DNA of 63,575 bases, filler included, from Reclinomonas americana ATCC 50394 (lineage: Eukaryota), in assembly GCA_048213135.1 (NCBI GenBank). It is 22 parts of 22 records of this genome, joined end to end, with 100 filler letters (N's around TTAATTAATTAA, not from the genome) between each part and the next. Parts side by side here need not be neighbours in the genome. Positions count along the whole stretch, not along the records: positions 1 to 3,199 come from AFZH01024130.1; positions 3,300 to 8,231 come from AFZH01024131.1; positions 8,332 to 11,076 come from AFZH01024132.1; positions 11,177 to 18,205 come from AFZH01024134.1; 18 more parts are not named here. The stretch is one strand, 5' to 3'. Position 1 is the stretch's first letter. Each line of letters opens with the position of its first letter. The notes below the pieces were generated by a model. The model made no database searches and was not told the DNA's origin. It saw only the letters and a program-made list of their open reading frames with translations. Shown here one piece after another: positions 1-12,702 of the stretch. Both the position numbers and the translations under genes were made by a program.

Positions 1-1784
1 CCATCATCAGCGCGTTCTCCTCCAGCTTGCCTGTGACGAATGCGGAATACCGTCGAAGGGACCAGGCTGCCCATCAGCTGCAGTCTTGTCTGCATTTGGA
101 AAGAGTCTTGCCAGTTGTGCCGGCAATACCCGCAGCACGACGCCCAAGTCGGTGGAGGGCGTGCTCGAGAGTGTGAGCAGCTTCGTAGAGGTGAGTGTCG
201 ACGTGGTGGTGCAGTGTCCTTCCAATTGTTATGTGCACGGTACCTGACTTGACTTCGACGTGGATGTCACCATCAGAAGAGTGGTCTTCCTGAAGCTGAG
301 CTGGTGGATGCTGTCGAGAAACCGCTGATTGTGATTGACGAACGTGGCTACTCTGAGGCGCGTATGAAATTGTGTGTGCTGATTGATGTGCGTCATTGAC
401 AGCTGGCTCACACTGGATGGTAGGAGTTTGCAAAGTCGCAGAAGCGAGGCGCTCCTAATTTTCTTTTGCCGTTCGTTACCCAGGCCAGGCAGGCTCTGCG
501 CAGCTGTCCAGACCTGCTGGCCACTCTGCTCCGAGATAGATGCCTGTCCGAGGTCGAGATTGCACGCGCCGCCGAGTGGCGCAGTGAAAGAGGTCTGGCT
601 GCTTGGCTTCGTGTGTGGATAATGCATGTGCTCACAAGCAAGTGACCAGTCGTAAGGGAGAGGGAGATGGTGAAGAAAGAGGAGGAGAGGGAGGGTGAGC
701 AGGAAGAAGATGATGACAGCGAGAATGAGGACGATGACGCGAGGGGAAAGAAGGTACGCCCGACGCTCTCTTCAGTGAGATGCGAGAGGCACATCTTAAT
801 ACTGCGTGGCTTGTGTTGCACAGCGCAGAAAGATTAATCCTGCAAAGTTGAACATCAACGAGCAATTGATGCTGGCGACATTGTTTGTTGCGTGTTTCTC
901 TGCATGCCGCCACTGATGCTGTCATAACGTGCTCCCATTTACCCATGATCCCTGGGAGCAGAGGTGTAACAAGAAGAGGATACTGGTGAAGGCATTCGGC
1001 CTCATGGCGCCCGTGGTGCTGCCATCCACAGTCCTCCATCATCAGCGCGTTCTCTTCAGTCTTGCTTGTGACGAATGCGGCATGCTGTCGAAGGGACCGG
1101 GCTGCCCTTCAGCCGCAATCTTGTCTGCATTTGGAAAGAGTCTTGCCAGCGGTGCCTGCAATACACGCAACATGACATCCAAGTCAGTAGAGGGCGTGCT
1201 CGAGAGTGTGAGCAGCTTCATAGAGGTGAGTGTCGGTGTGTTATATGAGTATCCTTCCGATTGTAATGTGCGTGGTCCCTGACTCGACTTCGACGTGGAT
1301 GTCGCCATCAGAAAAGCGAACTTCGAGGAGCTGAGCTGGTGGATGCTGTCGAGAGACCACTGATTGTGATTGATGAGCGTGGTTACTCTGAGGCATGCGG
1401 ACCGTGTTTTTTTTGTTGTCGTGTATCAATGACTCTTGACTAACTTTCTCGTTTATCGGGTGACAGGAGTCAGCAAGGCTGACGCACAAAAGTGGCACTG
1501 CGAATGTTCTTCTGCCATTTGTCACACAGGCCATGCATATGCTCCGCACCTGTCCTGGCCTGCTGACCACTCTGCTTCGAAATGGTTGCCTTTCGAAGGA
1601 GGAGATTGAGCGTGCCGGTGAGTGCTCTAAATGCAACAATCTTGTTGCTCGTCGTGCCAGCATCGTAACTGACGTGCATGATGCAGTGCTGGGTGACGAG
1701 AAGCCGGTGAAGATGGAGGTGGTGAAGGAAATGGAGGAGGAGGAGGAGGAGGATGAACAGGAAGACGAGGACGAGGGCATGTAG
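1..1784 (+). CDS. Spliced eukaryotic gene (5'-partial): tandem Cys/His-containing repeat-domain protein with acidic linkers, paralog/allele 1
   Basis: Exons RCN.KR.LVKAFG..AP...HHQR....ACxECG...GKSL...KSVEGVL.S.S.F.E | ...L.DA.ERPLIV.DERG.SE | ...QA...L..CP.L...L.R..CLS..EI.RA recur twice with the same intron positions; likely stop TAG 1782-1784. Confidence 0.7.
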
Positions 1785-3199
1785 AGCAAGAAATTCAGAG
1801 TGGTGGTGATGGAGAAGGAGCTTGAAGTGGAGAGCAAGACATTGCTTAGGATGGACTGTGACATACCTGCATCGGTGCGTGCTGAGAGAGTGGGAATGAG
1901 GGGCAGCCGGACGGATGAGTGAGAGAGGGAGAAAGGTTTCACTGGGCAGGCAACACATGCATGTTGTTTGTGAGATTGGTGGATCTTGTCGGGGAAGAAG
2001 AAAACAAAAGCAGAATCACAGTGCACCAAGAGGGACACTGCTTAGTTAAGAAGTTGCCTTGTGTTGTGCGGGATAGACTCTGCATGAGAGTCTTGCCTTC
2101 ATGCTGCTGACTGCTGTTGTTGTTGTGGCAGGAGGGGCAGCTAGACGAATGAAGAATGATGAAAACTGGGGCCATCATGGTATTGTGGGTGCAGCCGCCC
2201 AGGGGCATCCATTTGTATGCGTGCGTGTTGCTCACTCTCAGCGACAACAAACACGAGAATGGCTGTCTTGTTGACCATGTCCAGCCAGATTGGTAACCAA
2301 CGACACGTGCTTCTTCTGTGTTCATGGCAGCGGCAGTGCAGCACATTGCAGGTGCATGATGGCCCACCAGCAGCTGCGGGGACGGGAGAATCCATTGCGA
2401 AATTGTGCAGATGACTCGTGCACGTGTGCATGTGGTTCGATTTTGAAGGAGAAGGAGCTGCTGCTTTCCGGATACTCCTGCACCAGCACTTGACACCATC
2501 TCAACGGGCGCGGTTGGAATGCAGACACGATGACGAGCAGGATTGTGGTGTTCAGCTGCATCGCCGAGATCGAGACCTTCTTATTGTGTCTGTCTGAGGC
2601 TCTTCCTCGGTGTCCATCGAGGTGATGCTGCCCTGATACAGCTGCTCACGTGCGCTGTTGTACCCTGTGTGGAGTTGTCGTCCATCATCATCTCAGCTCC
2701 AGCTTCCCCTGATCCATGTTCTCTCCATGAGAGAAAGATCCAAACAAAGAGACATGCATGTGTTGCTCATGGAGAACAATCGCAGTTGACGATGCACCCA
2801 AGGTTGCCCTGTTCTCTGACACTCCTCTTCTTCCCCACCACACTCCTCCTCCCTCCACATCACGACTTGTCACCTTTTCATCTCGCTGTTCGGATCAACG
2901 AATCTTCATTGCCTCTTTTCTCTCTCTTCGTTTCTTACATCACGCAGCGCGCGTGTGTGCGCGAAACAACAACAAAGACACACACAAATGGCCTCTCGCT
3001 CTCCTCCTCCTCCTCCTCCACGCTCTCGCTCAACAACAACAACAACTCCTTCTCTGCCAATGTCTGCCTCTGCTCCGTGCGACGATGAGAAAGCAGACAT
3101 GATGCTCATCGACAGCAAGCAGCATGGACGATGATGATGCATTCCCCGTCTCCCTCCATCAACGATGAGGATGAGATGAAGAAGAAGAGTGCATTGGGG

Positions 3200-3299
3200 N
3201 NNNNNNNNNNNNNNNNNNNNNNNNNNNNNNNNNNNNNNNNNNNTTAATTAATTAANNNNNNNNNNNNNNNNNNNNNNNNNNNNNNNNNNNNNNNNNNNN
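3200..3299. other. Artificial contig linker N44-TTAATTAATTAA-N44 (first of 21; others start at 8232, 11077, 18206, 20743, 24064, 28331, 30503, 33279, 35295, 40273, 42487, 49264, 50897, 52396, 53776, 55393, 56724, 57897, 59185, 60442)
   Basis: Identical 100-nt cassette with a six-frame stop 12-mer; base composition often changes abruptly across it. Confidence 0.99.
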
Positions 3300-3336
3300 A
3301 CGACGTACGTACGTACGTACGACGTCGTCGGTCGTC

Positions 3337-3395
<59 letters not shown>

Positions 3396-3457
3396 TCTTG
3401 CTGCCTTTGGTGTTCTCGTGTTACGTAATGTCTCACCTGGGCGGTGCATGCACGCAG

Positions 3458-6400
3458 CTGCTCACCAGGAGCGCGTGGAACACACGGCGATGGAAGGCAT
3501 CGTCGAGGTACAGTGACTGTGTGTCATTCCGAGATGAGCGTGTCTCTCAGCAATCTCTCTCTCTGTCTTGGCTTGGTTGCACAGCAACGTGCGAGGGGAC
3601 AGCGAGTCGTCTCGTCTCAGGTGGATCACGATGAGGACTCGCCTGCACGTGACTCAGTTGAGACATCATCCCGCAAGCGTTCTCTGGAGGTGAGCTTCGA
3701 TGAGGCACGCGTCTCACTTCGTCTCTTTCTCGTGCATCGCAGTTGACACCGGATGTTCTATCTTCGTTTTCAGCAGGTGGATGCATCCGGTGATGACGAG
3801 CTTGCACCACCAAAGAAGAAGAAGGTGTGGATTATGTCATTGTCATGGTTCTGCTTATTCATCGATCTGCACGTGGGCTTTTGTGTCATCTGCATGTTGT
3901 GGATTCACAGCGTGGCAAGACTCGGGCGGCGGAAGAGCCAGAAAAATTGAGCGCAGACGAGAAGCTGTTGTTGGACAAGCTGCTCGTTGAGTGTGCATTC
4001 TGTCTGTCGTCGTTGCAACCTTGCGTACTCCTCATTCTCCTCATCTCTTCATGTGTCTCTCGCAGCGGTGCAATCGAAAGAGAGTGCTGGTGAAGGCATT
4101 CGGCCTGGTGGCACCCATCGTTCAGGAATCCACAGTCATCTACCATCACGGTATTCTCTTCGAGGTTGCCTGCGACGACTGCGGAATTCCATTGTCGGAA
4201 CCAAGTCGCACGTCGTCTGCTGTCAAGTGTGCAGTTGGCAAGAGACTTGGCGAGACTGCCAAGGACTCACGCAGCAGAACACCCAAGTCAGTGGAGGGCG
4301 TGCTTCAGAGCGTGAGCCACTACATCGATGTGAGCACGCATGTTCCTGCTGAACGACCGTGGCATCTTGAACCAACATGCAAATGATTGCAATCTACAGA
4401 TGAGCCTACTCAGTGGCGCGGCTCTGGTGGATGCTGTTGAGAGACCGCTGATTGTGGTTGATGAGCGTGGGTATTCGGAGGTGCATTCGTCTTGGCATGA
4501 TCATCGCGTCAGTAGGCCACGCTCACTCGGCTTGCTTGTGACACGAATCGTGGCAGAGATTGCGGCAACTCAGCAAAGCTCAGATAGACCAACTGCAGCC
4601 GTTTGTCATGCAAGCCATGGATGCGTTGCGCGAGTGTGATGGACTCATGGCCGCTCTGCTTCGAGACTGCCACCTCTCCGAGTCCGAGATGTCACGTGCT
4701 GTCGCTTGGTGTCATTCGAAAGGTCTGCAATTTTGTGCGGCTGTTGCTGTTGCTTGCACTGGTATTGACTAGTTCCACGCAGAATCTGGCGATGTGAAAT
4801 TGCTGGTGAAGGAGGAGAAGGATGTGGAAGAAGAGAAGGATGCCGTCAAGCTTGAAGACTATGGCATCAAGGTACGCAGCAAAAGTGCATGAGTTAGAGA
4901 GGCTTGGTGCGAATATGTGAGTCTTCATCGACTCGGTCAAGCGTTGATGCCTTGTGTGTCCGCAGGTGGATGCAGGCGGTGACAGTGACGAAGAATCGAA
5001 GCCGAGAAAGGTATACCGAGACAATGTCTGTGTATGGTTGGTGAGGCAGATATGTTGATTGTGCCGTGGCGTGCGCATTTGCAGCGCGTCAAGTGCGGTC
5101 GCCATGCGTTCGATGCGGATCTGAGCAAGGACGAGCGAATGCTGTTGGACAGACTGCTTGTTGCGTGTGCATGTCCACAACACCACAGCAGGAGAGATTG
5201 ATTGCACCCTGTCATGTACTCGCCTGCCATCACACCTGATGTATGCTTTGTGTGCGAACAGCGATGCAACAAGAGGAAGATACTGGTGATGGCATTCGGC
5301 ATCATGGCACCAATTCTGAAACGAAATGCAGTCTGGCATCATCAGCGAGTTCTTCTTCAACTCGCCTGTAAGGAGTGCGGTATCTCATCATCGGGAGCTG
5401 GCAGTCCGCCGCCCGCAGTCATGGACTCATTCGGCAAGAGTCTTAGCGATTTCGTCAATACTGCACGCACCAAGACATCCAAGTCAGTTGCAGGAGTGCT
5501 GCAGAGCATGAGCAAGTTCATCGAGGTGAGTATCTGTCTGTGCTGTCCGTCTCACACATAACTGCAAAGAGAGCCAACAACGATGCGTGTGCAACTCTTG
5601 CAGAAGAGTGAACTGCGCGGCGCCGCACTGGCGGATGCCATTGAGAGACCACTGATTGTGGTGGATGAACGTGGCCATTCTGAGGTGCGCCAACTTTCTT
5701 TGTGCGCTTTTTGTACTTCTTCTTTGAGTTTTTGACTTACATGCTTCTTCTACGATGTCGGTCGTGCTGTAGGAGTCATGGAAGACGGTGGCGAGAAAAG
5801 GGAGGAGCACGGACCGTCTTTTGCTGCTCGTCTCCCAAGCCGCGCAGGCCCTGCATGAGTGTCCTGGCTTGCAAGTGTCGCTGATTCGAGATGGCTGTCT
5901 CTCCGAGGCGGAGATCGCACGGGCCGTCGAGTGGTGCGCCGAAAGAGGTCTGATGGCATGAGTACGTCTTACCGTGCTTGGGGTCAGAACTGACGAGCGA
6001 GTTGCAGCTCTGCTGGAGGCGAAGGTGCTGAAGAAAGAAGAGATGAAGGAGGAGGAGGAGGAACGGGAGGATGATTCCAGGGAGGAAAAGGACGACGATG
6101 AGGGCGACGACGTGGGCGACGGTGACATGAGCAAGGTACGACCATGGATGGTGAGGCGGTTGCACACTATGACAGCATCTGATGATGTGTATCCACAGCG
6201 GCGAGGGAGAGGTTCTGCAGCAATGAGCAAGGATGAACAGCTGTTGCTGGCAAGGCTACTTGTTGAGTGTGTTTGCATTGATGGCCTTCTCTGGCAGTCG
6301 TCTGGCTGATTGAGTGCTCATCACACCACTGTTTCATGGGAGAGCAGTGCTGCAACAGGAAAGAGATACTGGTGAAGGCGTTTGGCATCATGGCACCGAT

Positions 6401-8231
6401 GGTTAAGGGTTCTACAGTCCGCCATCATCAGCGCCTGCTTGTTGACCTTGCATGCAAGGAGTGTGGCATCCCTTTATCGAAAGCAGGCTGCCTTTCGGCG
6501 GCAGTTGTGAGCTCATTCGGGAAGAGTTTGTCGGTGTCGTCCAACATGCACGCACCAAGATGCCCAAGTCAGTTGAGGGAATGCTGCAGAGCATGAGCTA
6601 CTTTGTCGAGGTGAGCAGCTTTCATCTCGCCGACCGTATCGGAGACAAGCCCTCACGCATGTGCCATTATGCAGAAGAGTGAACTGCGTGGCGCTGCTCT
6701 AGCTGACGCCATTGAGAGACCTCTGGCTGTGGTGGATGAACGTGGCCATTCTGAGGTATGCCCGCCTTGCGCTCTGTGTACGTGAATGGTGTTTCTCAAA
6801 TTCTGTGCTCTGGAATTCGGTTGTCAGGAGTCATCACAACTGCCAGGGATGAAGCGCAGCAAGCAGAATCCCTTTCTGCCATATGTCACACAGGCCGTGG
6901 ATGCCTTCCACGACTGCCCAAGCCTGCTGGCTGGTCTGCTCCGAGACGGCTGTCTGTCCGAGTCGGAGATCACACGTGCTGTCGAGTGGTGCAGTGAACA
7001 AGGTTTGACTGTGAGGATTCTTTGCTGCACCTTGTGCGCATGTGCTCACCAACGACTGAACAGCTCTGAGGGAGATGGAGATGGTGAAGAAAGAGGAGAA
7101 GCGGGAGGAAGAGCAGGAGGATGAGGACGATGACAAGGTACGCCCGTCGCTCAATTCTGTTAGATGCGAGATAGGTGCGTGTCCTAACTCTGTCGTGATT
7201 GTCCTTCACAGCGCCGCAGAAGTGGTCGTGCGAAGCTGAGCATCAACGAGCAACTGATGCTGACGAGACTGTTTGTTGCGTGTTGCTGTTATCTCTATGC
7301 ATGTCGTCGACAATGCTGTCACTCTCATCAGCTCACCTCGTCTCGGAGCAGGGTTGCAACAGGAAGAGGATGCTGGTGAAGGCATTCGGCCTCATGGCAC
7401 CTGTGGTGATGGGATCCACAGTCCTCCATCATCAGCGTGCTCTCTTCCAGCTTGCCTGTGACGATTGCGGAATACCGTCGACGGGACCAGGTTGCCCTTC
7501 AGCCGCAGTTATGTCTGCATTCGGCAAGAGTCTTGCCCGCAGTGCCAAGACTGCACGCAGTACGACGCCCAAGTCAGTGAAGGGTGTTCTCGAGAGTGTG
7601 AGCAACTTCATCGAGGTGAGTGTCAGTTTGCTTTCTTTGTGTCACATCCGTTTGTGGTGTGCCTGGCAATTGATCTGCCTTCCATCTGCGCTTGTCATCA
7701 TCAGAAAAGCCGACTTCGAGGAGCTGCGCTGGTGGATGCTGTCGAGAGACCACTGATTGTGATTGATGAGTGTGGCTACTCTGAGGTATGCCGGCGATGT
7801 GTGGTTCTGTGGAGCTTCGGTGATTGGTGACTAAGCTTTCTCGTTTCTCGAGTGACAGAAATCAGCAGAGTTGGCGAAGAATAATCATCCAAACGTGATT
7901 CTTCCACTCGTCACGCAGGCCATGCATGTGCTCCGCACCTACCCTGGCCTGCTGGCCACTCTACTTCGAAACGGTTGCCTTTCGACAGCGGAGATTGAGC
8001 GTGCTGGTGAGTGCTCCGAATGCAACAATCTGAGAGCAACTGGTGTTGCTGCATGTCGTGCCAGCATCGTAACTGACGTGCATGATGCAGTGCTGGGTGA
8101 CGAGAAGCCGGTGAAGATGGAGGTGGCGAAGAAAGAAGAGGAGGAAGCGGAGGAGGAGGAGGAGGAGGAGGAGGAGGAGGAGGAGGAGGAGGAGGAGGAG
8201 GAGGAGGAGGAGGAGGAGGAGGAGGAGGAGG
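3458..8231 (+). CDS. Spliced eukaryotic gene (partial at both ends): 4 tandem copies of the same domain, SV40-like NLS, poly-Glu tail; paralog/allele 2
   Basis: Four ~1.0-1.2-kb genomic units with conserved exon/intron structure; spliced PPKKKK|R at ~3807-3824; GAG run 8151-8231. Confidence 0.72.
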
Positions 8232-8331
8232 NNNNNNNNNNNNNNNNNNNNNNNNNNNNNNNNNNNNNNNNNNNNTTAATTAATTAANNNNNNNNNNNNN
8301 NNNNNNNNNNNNNNNNNNNNNNNNNNNNNNN

Positions 8332-9296
8332 AGAATCGACGGATTGACCTGCGATGCACCAGTGCCGGTCGTCTTCCATCCGCGCAAGAACGCGGCGGTA
8401 TGGAAATCAGTCTGTTTCAACCCGCGGGTTGACTGACGGCTGATGAGGGTGACCACCACCGGCGCGTTTCCCACCAGCGTGCTCTCTGCAACATGACGGT
8501 GATCCATGTCAGTAATCGTGCACAACTGCCGGTAAATCTTCGCAGACAAACTCACCGCCCGACACCATCACGTAGCCACTGGAATTGTCACGCGGCACCA
8601 GCCGCGATCCCACCAGCATGGAACGCAGCTCCAACGCCTGCACGCGACTATCGCCGCGCACCGTCATCAACACCTGCGAGGTGGCCGCGGCCGCCTCACC
8701 GACAGCCACCTCAAAGTTGTCGCTGCGTGCCGTGCCACTCGGATCGAGTCGAATGGACCGCATACCCGTCAGCGCCAGCGCAATCGAGGGGATTTCATCA
8801 AACCCAAACGCATGGGCATTCACCACTTCCTGCTCACACAGCCGCGTGGTCGCGACAAATGAGTTCAGGGACCATGCACAGGTCTGCTTGCATCAACAAA
8901 CCGTGGTGAAATTCTTGTCGGTGGCCAGGCTCAGCCACTCATTGGCAGCTTTCTGACGCGGCAACTCGTTGTCGTGTGTGTACGTCGCGGCAGGGTCCGC
9001 GTACATGGCGATAAAATCTGCGACGTAGGTCGTGAGTTTCATGCAAGTGTGCATGAGAACTAAATCGATCTCACGAAACTGGTAATGAGCGAGTCGAACT
9101 GCGCAGTGCCGAGTGCCGAGCACTGCACCGTCAGCATAAACTTGGTGACCGACGGCCTCGCGCAGCGAATGTCAGTGTCGCCCTCAATCGTATTGGAGAG
9201 AGCGGAGATGCCAAAGAGCACAGTGGGAATCGCCGGGAACGATTGCACAAAGCGGTGTGTGATCTCCACGGAGCGAGTGCCAGTGCCAGTGCTCAT
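8332..9296 (-). CDS. Internal exons of secreted H-type-lectin-like protein, copy A (5' exons fall in the gap at 11077-11176)
   Basis: Reverse complement is highly similar to 41364-42330; exon MSTGTGTRSVEITHRFVQSFPAIPTVLFGISAL. Confidence 0.6.
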
Positions 9297-12200
9297 CTGT
9301 CGCACAACCAGGAAGCAAACGTCAGCATGCAAGACGTGGACACCATGTGATTGAGAATGTCATGATATCCAACCCGCTCCTCCGTCACTCCTCTCTGTTT
9401 CACACATAAACTCTCTGACTCACTCACTTGCTGTTGTTTCTCTCATCAACAGCACCTCAACATTTCCCTTCTGTCCCCCACCTCCTCTCCTCGCACGCAC
9501 AGTTGACCTTCAATCCTCTATGCCACTCATCTACTGAATCCCCAAGCACACACTCCCAAAAGTCTCAGCCATTCCCCTCCTCAATCCTTCCACTCCTGTC
9601 ACCCACAACCCGTCCCCTCATGCGGTGCATTCACATCACACATGGGAACAACTAAAGATTACCTTTCTTCTCCCCAGTCGGTCTCTCACTCTCGTAAGAC
9701 AACAACAATCTCCACTGATGCCCTTCTCCTATCTCACTCTCTCCTTCTTACCGTCGTCACACAATACCACAAATATTGACAAACTGTCCTTCCTCTCTTC
9801 TCCCTCCAACCTTTCTCTCGCATACAGAATCAACCTCCATTGACATCGCTCGCTTTGTAACCCTCTCAATGGCATCCAATCCACACACTACCACAACCTA
9901 TTCTATCCCTTTCCCCCTCTGCCTTGCCACACACACAGCCTCCACGGCACACTTCTTACTGTTACTATCTCTCCGATGCATTCTCATCCACACAGCCACA
10001 AGGTATCATTTCCCTGCCCACGTCTGATGATCCTGCCTTGTCACACACAAGCAGCCTCCGCAAACATTCTCCTCTTTGTTTCTCTCTCCAATGCATTCCC
10101 ATGTGTACACCCTCAACCGCAAACAATCCGTTCCATCCCTCCTCTGTCGATTCTCTCTGTCACACACACATATTTACACAGACATTCTTCTCCTCGCCCT
10201 TGCATTCATCTACAAGGTATCTACCACAACAAATCCTTTCCCTCCCACCTCTGCATCTCTTCGCATGCCACACGCAATCTCCTCGAGTACACTTCTCTTT
10301 GATTCTCTCTTCCTTGCATCCATCCACACTATCTACCATGACCAATCCTTTCCATCCCCTCTCTGACGATCTTCTCTTGCCACCCAATCTCCACCGACAC
10401 ACTTCTCTCTGTTTCTCTCTCCTTCACATCCACATCTCCACACACATTGCCACAACCACTCCGTCTCCTTTTCTCCTCCTTCTCCTTTCCATTCTTGGCA
10501 CTCTCATTCTCTCAATCGTTTGCATCCACATCTACACAATACCACAACCTATTCATCTCCTGACGGTCCTCTCTTGCGCCACCAACACTCCACGGACACA
10601 CTTCTCTTTGTTACTCTCCGCAACGCGTTCCCATCCACACACTTCCAAAGCTAATCTATTCCCTTTCTCCCTCCTGCCTTTCCCTCTCTTGTAATACACA
10701 CAAATTCAACAGACATTATTCAGTCTGCTTCTCTCTCCCTTGCTTTCCCATCAACACACTTCCACCCTGTCTCCTCCATGCAAAATGCCTTCAAAACTCC
10801 CCTTCTCCTTGACTCACTTCCCTCCTCCTCTTCCCAACTAACATCTCTTCTCCTCGTCTCACATCCTTCCACATAGCCCATTATCTCCCTCCCTTCTCCT
10901 GGTCGAAACTCCCTCCTCAAACTTCCCTCTTACCTCCTTCCCTCTTTACCCCCTTCCCTCTCAACCCCCCTTCCCTCTTTACCCTCTTCACTCTTTCTCC
11001 CCTTCCCTCTTCACCTCCTTCCCTCTTTAGCCCCCTTCCCTCTTTACCCCCCTTCCCTCTTTACCCCCCTTCCCTCNNNNNNNNNNNNNNNNNNNNNNNN
11101 NNNNNNNNNNNNNNNNNNNNTTAATTAATTAANNNNNNNNNNNNNNNNNNNNNNNNNNNNNNNNNNNNNNNNNNNNTCTCCACTCGTACTCACAGACGGT
11201 AAGTTGGCCACCGGTGACGGCAGTGAACGATCCGACGCCACCAAATTGAATGCTGTAATACATAGTGTGAGTGAATGGAATACATTCACACTGACTCAAG
11301 CTCGCTTCTCGCAGAGAGTAAGGGAAAGGATAATGAGCTTCTTACGCAAAGAAACCACTGCCGACGACCAGGAACGCTCAGTTGATGCAAGAATGTCTCC
11401 AGTCTACAAAGTCCATCCACTATCCTCTGCAATGCGGGCTCCATTCCAACGTAATCTCGTGCACCACGCTCAACATGCATGCTTTCATCCGCAGTGTCTC
11501 TCTGGCCACATGGCGCATGTTACAACTCACTCATTCTTTTCGCCATTGCTTCCCCATTCCTCCTCGCTTCACCTCCTTTTCATCCCTGCCAGCTGATCTC
11601 TCTCACTCTCTCGCCCTCGCTCACTAGCTCACATATACACACAGTCACACTGGACAAGCTCTCGCACAAGGAAGCAACCGCACATTCTCATTGGTCCCAG
11701 TTTCAATTCACTCCATCTCACCTCTTCTTTCCGTTCTTCCCCTCTCCTTTCTCTTACATTCCTTTATCTCCTCTCATCCTCTCATCCCCTCTCTCATACA
11801 TTCTCCTCTATTCCTCTCTTCCCTTCTCCTCATTCTCTTCTCCTTCCTTCCCTTCCTCTTCTCTTCCCTTCTCCTCTCTTCCCTTCTCCTCCTTCTCTTA
11901 TTCTCTCTTTCCCCCTTCTCCTCTCCTCTCTTCCCTTCTCCTCTCTTCCCTTCTCCTCCTTCTCTTCTTCTCACTCTTCCTCCCTTCTCCTCTCCTCCCG
12001 TCTCTTCCCGTCTCATCCCCTCCCGTCTCCTTCTTGTCCTCTCCTCTCTTCCCCTTCACCCATTTCTCCTCCCTTCCCGTCTCCTCCTTCTCTTCTCCTC
12101 CCGTCTCCATACCCTTATCCTCCCCGGGCCCTCCCGTCTCCTCCTTCTCCACTTATCCCTTCCTTTCCCCCCTCCCTTCCCTTTTCCCATGTACACACCA

Positions 12201-12702
12201 GACGTAGCTGAAGAAGATGGGCATGGAGAGCAAGCAGGTGCGCCGAGTGGTGGACAGGTGCTGAATGGAGATGCTGCGAGCGGAATATGAGATCTTCGCT
12301 ATCCACTGCGCAGGTGAACTCGTTAGAATACATCGTCATCTCTTGCATCGAATACACATGTCTCACCAGCCAACTAACTCGACGAGTGTACTCTCGACGA
12401 ATATCTCAGGTAATTGAGGGCATCTCTTCGCCATGAAGAATACGACACGAAGCCCTTGACCGGGGTGCAGCTGGACCAAAGATCATCTGCATCAGAAATC
12501 GGTGCAGCCAGCGGCGACGACAAACAACCTGTACTGTGATTCGTCCGATCGCTGAGGTCATTTTGCACATTGTTAACGCCGAGTACACAGTTCGGCTTGG
12601 CGCATATTGCATGCACGACAGGACAAGGGTCCACGCGTGCCTGCACAATCCGTCAAGTCGGCGGACATTTAAGGGTTGCTACACGAGCTCCCGTTTGTCT
12701 TG

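Noticed and set aside
2100..3199. Possible spliced gene fragments downstream of the repeat-domain gene (also 52496-53520, 59400-60000)
   Set aside because: Could not assemble a consistent open frame or recognise any motif
3244..3255. TTAATTAATTAA recurring at intervals as a possible biological repeat
   Set aside because: Always centred in N runs; it is an assembly linker with stops in six frames
9400..12200. Long Ser/Leu/Pro/Phe-rich or Arg/Glu-rich ORFs (also 16213-17058, 35836-36629, 51171-52115, 56776-57748)
   Set aside because: Artefacts of CT/GA low-complexity intronic or intergenic DNA
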